DNA from: Chloroflexota bacterium
Lineage (GTDB): Bacteria; Chloroflexota; Dehalococcoidia; UBA2979
Assembly (NCBI GenBank): GCA_003228125.1
Contig: QGNP01000002.1
Location: 64,880 to 128,879 of the forward strand
Length of the DNA stretch: 64,000 bases
Reading direction: 5' to 3'
Numbering within the stretch: position 1 is the first letter of the stretch; the number at the start of each line of letters is the position of its first letter. A program made the position numbers and the translations under genes. Under the pieces are notes generated by a model that worked only from the letters and a program-made list of their open reading frames with translations, was not told the origin of the DNA and ran no database searches. Of this stretch, positions 19,588 through 28,864 are shown one piece after another.

Positions 19588-20781
19588 CTAAACAATAATT
19601 CCTAAAACTAAGGATAATTCTCTTAAAGTAGGAATGGCTGTTTTTGCTTCTAATTTACCGATATGCAGTTGATTAGCAATTTCACATAAAACATCTATAG
19701 CAACAGGCGTATCAAAATCATCATCCATCGCATCCATAAACGATTTTCTAAAAGGTTGGATTAAAAGTTTATCGACTGGTCCACCTTTAACATTCATAGC
19801 TTCTTCAATTAATTTAGATTGTAATGCAATATTATTCATTGCTTTTTCATTAAATTCTAGCCCAGCTCTGTAATGATGACTTAATAAATACATTCTAATA
19901 TTATTACTACTATAGCCTTTTTTTAATAAATCACTTACCCGAATTAAGTTACCTAGTGATTTTGACATTTTTTGACCATTAATATTAAGTGAGCTCACAT
20001 GCATCCAATTTTTACAATAGGGATTAGTCTCAGTAATTGATTCTGATTGAGCAATTTCGCATTCATGATGAGGAAACATTAAGTCGATGCCTCCGCCATG
20101 AATTGTAACTTGTTCGCCAATAATTTCGTTAACCATTGTTGAGCACTCAATATGCCATCCTGGTCTTCCTTGTGACCATGGAGAACTATAACTAGCTTCC
20201 TCAAAATCTTCAGGTTGCCACAATAAAAAATCTAGCTTATCCCTTTTTAGTTCATCCGGCTCATCAGGCATTGTGTCAGTTTTATCCATATTTCTAATAT
20301 CATTTACATTCATTCTAGATAAATGTCCATAATTATTTAATTTTGTATGATCAAAAAAAACATAGCCATTTTTTATATATGCAAAATCTTTTTTTATTAA
20401 AAGGTCAATATTATTAATCATATGAGAAATATAACTAGAAGACAAAGGATACATGTCTGGCCTTAAAACATTTAAAGCATCCATCTCATTTAAGTAAATC
20501 TGATGATTTTTTTCAGTTAATTTTTTAATAGAAATATCATTTTGTTTAGCTTTTTCAATCATTCCATCATCAATGTCAGTTATGTTTTGAATATGCTTAA
20601 CTTCATGTCCGCAAAATTCTAAATATCTTTTTACTGTATCAAAAAAAACATACGTGAGCGCATGTCCTAGGTGTCCTACATCATAAGGAGTCACTCCACA
20701 AACATAAAGATTTACTGTATTATCTCTTTCAGATTGAAAAGAAACTGCACGATCTTCAATAGGATTATATATTTTTATCAT
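19588..20781 (-). CDS. Cysteine-tRNA ligase family enzyme, short form (MshC-like cysteine ligase or CysRS)
   Basis: HIGH-type GHLGHALTYV and KMSKS present. At 397 aa it lacks the long C-terminal domain. GVTPYDVGHLGHALTYVFFD and IQNITDIDD resemble the MshC blocks I remember more than those of E. coli CysRS. Confidence 0.6.
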   Translation of the reverse strand: MIKIYNPIEDRAVSFQSERDNTVNLYVCGVTPYDVGHLGHALTYVFFDTVKRYLEFCGHEVKHIQNITDIDDGMIEKAKQNDISIKKLTEKNHQIYLNEMDALNVLRPDMYPLSSSYISHMINNIDLLIKKDFAYIKNGYVFFDHTKLNNYGHLSRMNVNDIRNMDKTDTMPDEPDELKRDKLDFLLWQPEDFEEASYSSPWSQGRPGWHIECSTMVNEIIGEQVTIHGGGIDLMFPHHECEIAQSESITETNPYCKNWMHVSSLNINGQKMSKSLGNLIRVSDLLKKGYSSNNIRMYLLSHHYRAGLEFNEKAMNNIALQSKLIEEAMNVKGGPVDKLLIQPFRKSFMDAMDDDFDTPVAIDVLCEIANQLHIGKLEAKTAIPTLRELSLVLGIIV

Positions 20782-20810
20782 AAGATTTTATTAACCAGAG
20801 TATCTATTTA

Positions 20811-20887
20811 TGGGGTGGGTGGAGGGTCTCGAACCCTCGATCTCCAGGGCCACAACCTAGCGACTTAACCACTCGTCCACACCCACC
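20811..20887 (-). tRNA. tRNA-His (GTG) with encoded G-1 and CCA
   Basis: Folded by hand: G-1, acceptor GTGGGTG/CACCCAC, anticodon arm CTAGG-TTGTGGC-CCTGG, T arm GAGGG-TTCGAGA-CCCTC, discriminator C, CCA. Confidence 0.9.
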
Positions 20888-20944
20888 ATAAAAGATGATT
20901 ATCGCATCCCAGGCTGCATCAGTAAACATGAAAAAAATTATACA

Positions 20945-21496
20945 TTATGCAATTTCACTGTAGTCGCCATTATAATAAACCAATGGTTTTAGATTTTCAT
21001 CCTGTATTTTCATGTTAGTAACTTCTCCAAGAACAATAGAATGATCACCACCTTCATACCATGATGATATCTTGCATTCAATCCAGCCTATAACATCGTC
21101 CAGTATTGGGCTTCCATTATTACCTAAAAGAAATGAAAAACCTCCCATAGAATTATTTGTATCCGAAGTAGAATTAGCAAAAAAACGTGAAGCGTCTTTT
21201 TGTTCATTAGATAAAAAATTTATAGAAAATTGGCCTACTCTTTTTAAAACTTCATGTGAAGCAGCATTTTTATCAATGCATACTAATAACAACATGGGCT
21301 TCAAGGAAACTGATGTAATAGAATTTGCTGTAATACCTTTTGATATACCATTTTCATTCATTCCAATAACAGTAACACCTGTTGGGAAATTGCCAAATAA
21401 TTGTCTAAAATCTTTTTCAGAGTATTTTTCTTCGTTAATCATAAAATTATGTATCCCACGTAAATAATAAAAAATAGTAATTAAAACAATACCCAT
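20945..21496 (-). CDS. Flavin reductase-like (FMN-binding split-barrel) protein
   Basis: FRQLFGNFPTGVTVIG...GITANSITSVSLKPMLLLVCI...FSINFLSNEQ pattern. The start is possibly the internal Met at 21442. Confidence 0.75.
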   Translation of the reverse strand: MGIVLITIFYYLRGIHNFMINEEKYSEKDFRQLFGNFPTGVTVIGMNENGISKGITANSITSVSLKPMLLLVCIDKNAASHEVLKRVGQFSINFLSNEQKDASRFFANSTSDTNNSMGGFSFLLGNNGSPILDDVIGWIECKISSWYEGGDHSIVLGEVTNMKIQDENLKPLVYYNGDYSEIA

Positions 21497-21558
21497 ACAT
21501 TGTATGATTTTTCTATTAAACTAATCTATGCTTGTAAAACATTTTAGGAAAAATAATC

Positions 21559-22917
21559 ATGCCTGAAAAAATGCATATTAATCAAAATCAAAATAATTTA
21601 GAAAAATTTATCAAAGATAAAAAATACAAAAAAGCTATTGCTCAGGTAGCTGTAATGCATCCTGCTGAAATAGCAGATATTATTTCAAATATAGAGCAAG
21701 AATTTAGTCATCCATTTATAAGTCGACTAAAAATCAATGAAATAGCAGAAATTATTCACTATATTGATCCAATATTTAGAGCGAACATACTAAAAGATTT
21801 TAAAATTAATAAGATAGCAGATATTCTTAAAAATTTATCTGATGATATTGCTACTGATATTTTGCAATCTTTTCCTATAGAAATTGAAAAAAAAGTATTA
21901 TTAAAACTACCAAAAAGAACTACTACTGCAATTGATAAACTGTCTATATATGAAGCAGATACAGCAGGAGGAAGAATGACAGGGCAAAAAATTTCAGTTA
22001 AGCCAAATCTAACTATTTTCGAAGTACAAGAAAAAATTAGAAGTTTAAAACCAGATTTTAGGCAACCATTTTATATTTATGTAGTAAATGAAAAAGAAGA
22101 ACTCATTGGAACGATGAACCTGAGAACTCTTTTTTCAAAATCACCAAATATTCAAGTTGCTGATGTTACAGATAAAAATGTCATTTCTGTTCTATATTCT
22201 ACTGACCAAGAAGAAGCAGCAAGATTACTAAAGCAATATAATTTACTTGCTCTTCCAGTTCTTGACAAAACCAAAAAATTACTAGGAACTGTTACTCATG
22301 ATGACTTGGTAGATATATTAGAACAAGAAGCAACAGAGGATATGTATATGCTTGTTGGAGTTGATGCATTAGAAGATTTAAAAAGTATAAGAAAATCAAT
22401 AAGATTTCGACTTCCTTGGTTAATGGTTAATTTAATTTTAGTAATGATAGCAGCATATACAATCTCTATTTTTGAAAATACTTTAAATCAATTATCTATC
22501 TTAGCAGTTTTTTTACCAGTCATAGCAGGGCAAGGAGGAAATGCTGGAATTCAAACATTGACAGTTGTTGTAAGATCATTGGCACTTGGAAGAATTACTT
22601 TAAGAGACACTTTCAGACTAATTAAACATGAATTAATTTCAGGATTAATTATTGGAATCATCACTGCATTTTCTGTTGGATTATTAACAACAATATGGAT
22701 GGGCAATCCTATCCTTGGGCTTGTCGTTGGAGTATCACTAATAGCAAGCGTACTAATTGGAGTATTGTCAGGTTTATTGATTCCAATGGGACTGACAAAA
22801 TTAAAACAGGATCCTGCATTATCAGCAGGAATATGGTTAACGGCAATCACCGATTTGCTTGGATTTTTAGTATATCTAACTCTAGCAACATTTTTATTAA
22901 AATTTTTATTAAATTAA
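21559..22917 (+). CDS. mgtE: Magnesium transporter MgtE
   Basis: MgtE N-domain, CBS pair, and 5-TM C-terminal domain with GQGGNAGIQT. Confidence 0.9.
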   Translation: MPEKMHINQNQNNLEKFIKDKKYKKAIAQVAVMHPAEIADIISNIEQEFSHPFISRLKINEIAEIIHYIDPIFRANILKDFKINKIADILKNLSDDIATDILQSFPIEIEKKVLLKLPKRTTTAIDKLSIYEADTAGGRMTGQKISVKPNLTIFEVQEKIRSLKPDFRQPFYIYVVNEKEELIGTMNLRTLFSKSPNIQVADVTDKNVISVLYSTDQEEAARLLKQYNLLALPVLDKTKKLLGTVTHDDLVDILEQEATEDMYMLVGVDALEDLKSIRKSIRFRLPWLMVNLILVMIAAYTISIFENTLNQLSILAVFLPVIAGQGGNAGIQTLTVVVRSLALGRITLRDTFRLIKHELISGLIIGIITAFSVGLLTTIWMGNPILGLVVGVSLIASVLIGVLSGLLIPMGLTKLKQDPALSAGIWLTAITDLLGFLVYLTLATFLLKFLLN

Positions 22918-23699
22918 ATAAGACGATTACGTAAATTTTCAATTGTGATATTATTTTCTTTATTCCATTCTTTGGCTGTTAAAGCTTGGCCATTTATTCC
23001 TGAAGAATTTTCAGTAGCCAAAAATAAAATAATATCATCACAAATATTTGCTGGTAAAATTTCATCTAATTTAGATTTATTCATTTTACCTAAAAATTTT
23101 TCAGAGCTATTAGTAAGCCCTCCAGGCGCAACAGAATTACAAAAAATATTTTTATTTGCATTTTCTAATGCAATGATTTGCATCATGGCTTCCATTGCAA
23201 ATTTTGAAGCACTATAAGGGCCATATTGTAAATATCCTTTCCTTCCTAGTCCAGAAGAAATCATAACAATTTTTCCACTTGATTGTTTTCTCATAGTTTT
23301 TAAAACTTCTCTGCTAAAATACATAACTCCATTAAGATTAATATCAATAATCCGTTTCCAGTCGTCTGTTGGCATATTATGAATAAATCGATTCGATGAT
23401 TCAGTGATATATCGCATGCCAACAGCAGCATTATTTATCAATATATCTATTGTTTTGAATTCCTTATTAATTTTTTTTATTGTATCAACAACAAAGTCTT
23501 CGCTGCTTTGATCTCCTATATATCCAAATGATTCGACGTTATAATTTTTTAATTCATCAACAGTTGAATTAACTTCGTCTCTAGTTCTTCCAATGATAGA
23601 AACATTACAATTTTCTTTAGCTAAATAACAAGCAATTGATTTTCCAATTCCTCTGCTGCCACCAGTAATAATCGCATTTTTATTATCAAGTAAACCCAT
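22914..23699 (-). CDS. Short-chain dehydrogenase/reductase (SDR)
   Basis: ITGGSRGIG, NNAAV and YSASK motifs. The track ORF extends to 23735; I prefer the ATG at 23699 preceded by AAGAGGA. Confidence 0.8.
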   Translation of the reverse strand: MGLLDNKNAIITGGSRGIGKSIACYLAKENCNVSIIGRTRDEVNSTVDELKNYNVESFGYIGDQSSEDFVVDTIKKINKEFKTIDILINNAAVGMRYITESSNRFIHNMPTDDWKRIIDINLNGVMYFSREVLKTMRKQSSGKIVMISSGLGRKGYLQYGPYSASKFAMEAMMQIIALENANKNIFCNSVAPGGLTNSSEKFLGKMNKSKLDEILPANICDDIILFLATENSSGINGQALTAKEWNKENNITIENLRNRLI

Positions 23700-23783
23700 A
23701 AATCCTCTTTTCATCACTAATGAATACAAGTACATTGTATTAATTCAATAATAAAAGGATATAATAGGAAAACGAGATAATCC

Positions 23784-26762
23784 ATGCCAGAAAAAATACT
23801 TACAAAAAATTATTCAAATAATATAAACCTACAAGATTTATTTAAAGATCTTAAAATGATCATTGATAATAATAATGATATTAAATTTGATAAAGCATCG
23901 AAATTAATGTATTCAACCGATGCTTCAATTTATCAAATAGAACCATTATGTATCATTTTTCCAAAAACTAAATTACAAATAAAGAAAATTGTTGAAATTG
24001 CAAATAAATACAATGTTTCAATTGTTCCTAGAGGAGCTGGTACTAGCTTGGCTGGTCAAGCAATTAACAATGGTATTATGATTGATTTCAGTAAATATAT
24101 GAATCAAGTAGTTGAAATTAATGCTGATGAACAATGGACACGAGTTCAGCCTGGAATCGTTATAGCTGAACTTAATAAAATACTTAAAGATTATGGATTA
24201 CACTACGCTATTGATACTTCAACAAAAAATCGTGCAACGATTGGTGGAGGTATTGGAAACAATTCATGCGGCACTCATTCAATTATTTATGGTAAAACTA
24301 TTGATCAGGTAATTGAAATAGATATGGTGCTCTCTGATGGTAAATTAACAACATTTAAAAAATTAACAAATGAAGAGATAGAAGAAAAAAAGAAAAATAC
24401 CGATCTAGAAGCAAATATATATAAAAAATTTTATAAAATAGTTCAAAAATATCATACAGAAATATTAAATAATTTTCCTAAAATTGATAGAAGGGTATCT
24501 GGATATAATTTAGATTCCTATACTGCTGAAATGCATACAGGAAATAGCAAAGAATTAGCTAAAACAATTATTCAAGATGAAAAAAACATAGATTTAACAA
24601 AAATAATTGTTGGCTCAGAAGGAACTCTGGGAATAATTACTGAAGCAAAGGTAAAATTAGTTAAGCTGCCAAAATATAAAGGATTAGTAGTTTCCACATA
24701 TGGATCCATTATAGATGCAGCAAAAATGACTAACTATCTATTAGAATATGAACCTGCGGCCATAGAAATGGTCGATAAAAATATCATCCATGGATGTATT
24801 GAAAATCCCGGATTCAAGCACTTAGTAGACTTTTTAGATGGTAAGCCTGAGGCAATGTTAATATGTGAATTTTTTGCTGAAACTCAAGAAGAATTATCAA
24901 GTATATTGGAAAAAGTTTCTAAAAATTTAGCTGATTTAAATAAAACTGAACAGATATTAAAATTGATTACTGATGCCGATCAAAATAACATATGGAAAAT
25001 GAGACAAGCTGGATTAGGTTTATTAATGAATGTCAAAGGAGACGCTAAGCCATTAGCATTTGTAGAAGATACTGCAGTCCACCCAAATGACTTGCCAAAT
25101 TTTTTAGATGAATTTCAACAAATTATTACTTCTCACAATACAACAGCAGGATTTTATGGTCATGCCAGCGTAGGTTGCATACATATAAGACCAATGATTA
25201 ATATAAAAAATAATAACGAAATAAAAAAAATGCAAAGCATTGCTGATCAAGTTGCAGATTTAGTACTTAAATATGGTGGTTCTCTTTCAGGCGAACATGG
25301 CGATGGTATTTTAAGAGGAATTTACACAGAAAAAATGTTTGGAAAAAAATTAACTAATGCATTTCGTGAAATTAAAAATCTCTTTGATTCAAATAATTTA
25401 ATGAATCCAGGTAAAATTATAGATACACCTAAATTCACAAGTAACCTCAAAATTGCTCCCACTAGAAAAATGTTTAACCCAAACACGACGCTTGATTTTA
25501 CTGAGGAAGGTGGCTTTCAAGCGCTAGTTGAGCAATGTAATGGCCAAGGTGCATGTCGAAAATTCGAAGGCGTAATGTGTCCTTCTTATATGGCAACAAT
25601 GGATGAGCAGCATTCTACTAGAGGGAGAGCTAATCTCATAAGAGAGCTGCTAACAAATCAAACAGACAGTCAGGCCCTTTTAGATCCAAAATTGATAGAT
25701 GCTTTAGATCTATGCATTGGCTGTAAAGCTTGCAAAACTGAATGTCCCTCGCAAGTTGACATGGCAAAATTAAAAACTGAAATACTTAACAAATATCAAG
25801 ACGAATATGGAACTTCAATAAGAACTAATTTTTTAATCAATGTCAACAAATTTTCATCATTAGCAAGTAAATTCCCAAACTTATCAAATATGATTTTAAG
25901 CAATAAATTAATAAGATTTTTCTTACATCAATTTTTAGGTATTCATTTTAAAGCAAAATTACCTAAAATATCCACATATTCATTTTATGAGTGGTTTTCA
26001 AGTCGAAAAGAGAAACAAATAGATAATAAAAAAGATAAAATCGTCCTATTTATTGATACATTTACTAATTTTTACGATCCAAGTATAGGAAAATCTACAG
26101 TTAAAATTATTGAGGCACTCGGGTATGAAGTTATCATTAATGAACAACAACAATGTTGTGGTCGTCCTGCAATATCAAAAGGGAAAATTGAATTAGCAAA
26201 AGACATGGCTAATAAAACTACTTTATCTTTATTACAATATGCAGAAAAAAATATACCTATTATTTTTATTGAACCTTCATGCTTTTCCGCAATATACGAT
26301 GACTACCAATCAATAATCAACAAAAAAACACAAGCAATAATATCAAGTAAATCTCTGTTATTAGAAGAATTTATACTGGATCATGAAAAAAATAATCCTA
26401 ATTCATTAAATAAAATATTTAGTAGAAAAGAAAATCAACTTGCTGTACATCCTCACTGTCATCAAAAAGCATTAGGTAAAGGAAATATAAGTTATGAACT
26501 ACTCGATATCATTGCTGATCAAGTTTATCAAATTGATTCAACATGTTGTGGAATGGCAGGTTCCTTTGGGATAGAAAAAGAACACTATCAAATTTCAAAA
26601 GACATTGCGAATATAGGTATTATAAAAGAACTTAATAAACTTAAAAAAAATACGATAATTATTACAACGGGCACTTCTTGTAAGCAACAAATTTTTCAAC
26701 ATCATGATTCTCAAAGTATGCATTTAGCAGAATATTTAGCAGAGAACATTAGGATAATTTAG
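23784..26762 (+). CDS. FAD-linked oxidase (GlcD-like) fused to a 4Fe-4S / CCG-domain (GlcF-like) module
   Basis: FAD-binding PCMH region (RGAGTSLAGQ), two CxxCxxC-type ferredoxin motifs (CIGCKACKTECP) and C-terminal Cys-rich CCG repeats (QQCCGRP, STCCGMAG). Confidence 0.8.
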   Translation: MPEKILTKNYSNNINLQDLFKDLKMIIDNNNDIKFDKASKLMYSTDASIYQIEPLCIIFPKTKLQIKKIVEIANKYNVSIVPRGAGTSLAGQAINNGIMIDFSKYMNQVVEINADEQWTRVQPGIVIAELNKILKDYGLHYAIDTSTKNRATIGGGIGNNSCGTHSIIYGKTIDQVIEIDMVLSDGKLTTFKKLTNEEIEEKKKNTDLEANIYKKFYKIVQKYHTEILNNFPKIDRRVSGYNLDSYTAEMHTGNSKELAKTIIQDEKNIDLTKIIVGSEGTLGIITEAKVKLVKLPKYKGLVVSTYGSIIDAAKMTNYLLEYEPAAIEMVDKNIIHGCIENPGFKHLVDFLDGKPEAMLICEFFAETQEELSSILEKVSKNLADLNKTEQILKLITDADQNNIWKMRQAGLGLLMNVKGDAKPLAFVEDTAVHPNDLPNFLDEFQQIITSHNTTAGFYGHASVGCIHIRPMINIKNNNEIKKMQSIADQVADLVLKYGGSLSGEHGDGILRGIYTEKMFGKKLTNAFREIKNLFDSNNLMNPGKIIDTPKFTSNLKIAPTRKMFNPNTTLDFTEEGGFQALVEQCNGQGACRKFEGVMCPSYMATMDEQHSTRGRANLIRELLTNQTDSQALLDPKLIDALDLCIGCKACKTECPSQVDMAKLKTEILNKYQDEYGTSIRTNFLINVNKFSSLASKFPNLSNMILSNKLIRFFLHQFLGIHFKAKLPKISTYSFYEWFSSRKEKQIDNKKDKIVLFIDTFTNFYDPSIGKSTVKIIEALGYEVIINEQQQCCGRPAISKGKIELAKDMANKTTLSLLQYAEKNIPIIFIEPSCFSAIYDDYQSIINKKTQAIISSKSLLLEEFILDHEKNNPNSLNKIFSRKENQLAVHPHCHQKALGKGNISYELLDIIADQVYQIDSTCCGMAGSFGIEKEHYQISKDIANIGIIKELNKLKKNTIIITTGTSCKQQIFQHHDSQSMHLAEYLAENIRII

Positions 26763-26791
26763 GATAATAAATTAGTAGAACATCAATCCAA

Positions 26792-27913
26792 TTGACAAGA
26801 ATTTCAATAGGCCTTTTTTGGGCATCATTATACTTGTATGTTCCTGTATTACCTTTGCATATAACCACAATAACAGGAAATTTAGAAATTGTTGGATTAA
26901 TTCTTAGCTCATACGCTATTGCACAATTGTTGCTAAGAATACCTATTGGATTACTTGCGGATAGAATCGGAAAAAAGAGGCTATGCTTAGTTGCAATTAC
27001 TTTATCAAGTATGAGTGCAATATTACTTATGTTTTCAAACAATGGACAAATGCTCTTTTTCTCAAGATCTCTCACTGGTTTAGCTGCTGCAGGATGGGTG
27101 CCAATAAGCGTATTATATAGTTCATATTTTTCAGATAAAAATGCAGCTAAATCAATGTCTGAAGCAGTTATGATCAATTCAATTGGCCTGTTAACTGCAA
27201 CATACTTTGGTGGCATGATTTCAGAACATTTTGGTATCAATGTTGTATTTATTATTGCATCGTCTCTTGGTGCTTGCAGTGGGATATGTATGTTTTTTAC
27301 TAAAGAGCCAGTTGTATTTAAAAAAGAGTCAAAATTATTACCATTAACAAGCTTAGTAAATAAAAATTTACTAAAAATTTGTGTAGTTGGAATGTGTTTA
27401 TTTTATTTAACATTTTCCACAATTTATGCCTTTATTCCAATTTACCTTCAAAAAATTGGTTATTCTGAAACAAACATTGGATTAATAATATCTTTATCTT
27501 TAGTTGCATCATTATTTGGTGCTGGCTATTTACCAAAAATAAAAAAAACATTAAATAATAAAACAATACTACTGAGCACTTGGACATTAATGATAATCAC
27601 TACATTATTAACTCCGTTATCTACCACGATAGGAGTTATTCTTTTTCTGCAATTTTTTTGCGGTATTGGTCGTGGAATAATAACGGCACTACTCATGTCA
27701 CTTGTGATTCAACATACTGATTTGAAAAATAGATCTACAGTCATGGGCGTGTATCAATCTTTATATTCAATAGGTATGTTTCTTGGGCCTTTCTTATCTG
27801 GTATTAGTGCATCAAAGTTTGGCGTGGAAAGCATCTTTTATGTTGCAATTATATTCTGTATTATAGGAATGTTTATAGGAATGTTTATAGCAGATCCACT
27901 TGAATCAAAGTAA
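26792..27913 (+). CDS. MFS transporter
   Basis: Hydrophobic repeats and MFS loop GLLADRIGKKR. TTG start in the track. Confidence 0.75.
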   Translation: MTRISIGLFWASLYLYVPVLPLHITTITGNLEIVGLILSSYAIAQLLLRIPIGLLADRIGKKRLCLVAITLSSMSAILLMFSNNGQMLFFSRSLTGLAAAGWVPISVLYSSYFSDKNAAKSMSEAVMINSIGLLTATYFGGMISEHFGINVVFIIASSLGACSGICMFFTKEPVVFKKESKLLPLTSLVNKNLLKICVVGMCLFYLTFSTIYAFIPIYLQKIGYSETNIGLIISLSLVASLFGAGYLPKIKKTLNNKTILLSTWTLMIITTLLTPLSTTIGVILFLQFFCGIGRGIITALLMSLVIQHTDLKNRSTVMGVYQSLYSIGMFLGPFLSGISASKFGVESIFYVAIIFCIIGMFIGMFIADPLESK

Positions 27914-27948
27914 ACAACAAATTAAATTAAAAAATATAAGGAATTAAT

Positions 27949-28863
27949 ATGATTACAAAAAAAATAGCTATCACTGGTTCTACTGGACTCATAGGCACTG
28001 CATTAGTAGAAAAACTTTTAAAAGATGGCCATAATGTTTTACAATTAACACGCGGCAATCATCTTAAAGAAGATGTTTTATGGGATCCTGAAAATGAATG
28101 GTTTAAAGAAAATATCTTTGAAGGCATTGATGTACTAATAAATTTATCTGGCCATACTATTGGAGGTAGATTAACCAACAAAATAAAAAACAAAGTCTAT
28201 TCTTCTCGAATTGATATTACTAATTTATTAATCAAAGAAATTAGTAAATATTCAAAAAAACCAAAACAAATAATTAATGCATCAGCAACAGGGTATTATG
28301 GCAATCGATACAATGAAGAAATAAATGAGCAATCTACTTCTGGTTTTGGATTTTTATCTGAAGTACCCAATGAATGGGAAAAAGCAGCAAATCAAGGATC
28401 TAAGTATGGAATAAAAATTGCAACTACTAGGTTTGGTTTAGTATTATCCAAAGATGGTGGTTTTCTTAATAAACCAATAATTGCAGGATTATCATTACTA
28501 AAATTATTCCAATTAGGTATTGCAGGAAAATTAGGTAATGGCAAGCAATGGATGCCATGGATTAGCTTAGAAGATACAACTAGAGCAATTGCATTTATCA
28601 TCAATCATGAATTAGATGGACCAATCAACATAGTAGGACCAACTCCTACTACAAATTATGAATTTACAAAAACATTAGGTGGGTTAATCAAACGTCCAAC
28701 AATTATTCCTATTCCTGCCTTACCTCTTAAAATCATATTTGGTGAATTTGCAAAAGACGGACTTTTGGGTGGACAAAAAGTTAGCCCTAAAGTACTGCTG
28801 AATAATGGATTTAAGTATAATCATGAAACAATTGAACAAGCATTAATTCAAGTAATAAAATGA
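27949..28863 (+). CDS. TIGR01777/YfcH-like NAD-dependent epimerase family protein (with DUF1731-like C-terminus)
   Basis: ITGSTGLIGTAL Rossmann motif, about 300 aa, C-terminal GGQKVSPKVLLNNGFKY. Confidence 0.7.
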   Translation: MITKKIAITGSTGLIGTALVEKLLKDGHNVLQLTRGNHLKEDVLWDPENEWFKENIFEGIDVLINLSGHTIGGRLTNKIKNKVYSSRIDITNLLIKEISKYSKKPKQIINASATGYYGNRYNEEINEQSTSGFGFLSEVPNEWEKAANQGSKYGIKIATTRFGLVLSKDGGFLNKPIIAGLSLLKLFQLGIAGKLGNGKQWMPWISLEDTTRAIAFIINHELDGPINIVGPTPTTNYEFTKTLGGLIKRPTIIPIPALPLKIIFGEFAKDGLLGGQKVSPKVLLNNGFKYNHETIEQALIQVIK

Positions 28864-28864
28864 C

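Noticed and set aside
20671-20868. 65-aa ORF on the + strand
   Set aside because: It overlaps the 5' end of the CysS/MshC-like gene and the tRNA-His gene on the opposite strand, so it is spurious.
21497-21558. Looked for an M-box (Mg) riboswitch upstream of mgtE
   Set aside because: The intergenic region is 62 nt and AT-rich, far too short and unstructured for an M-box.
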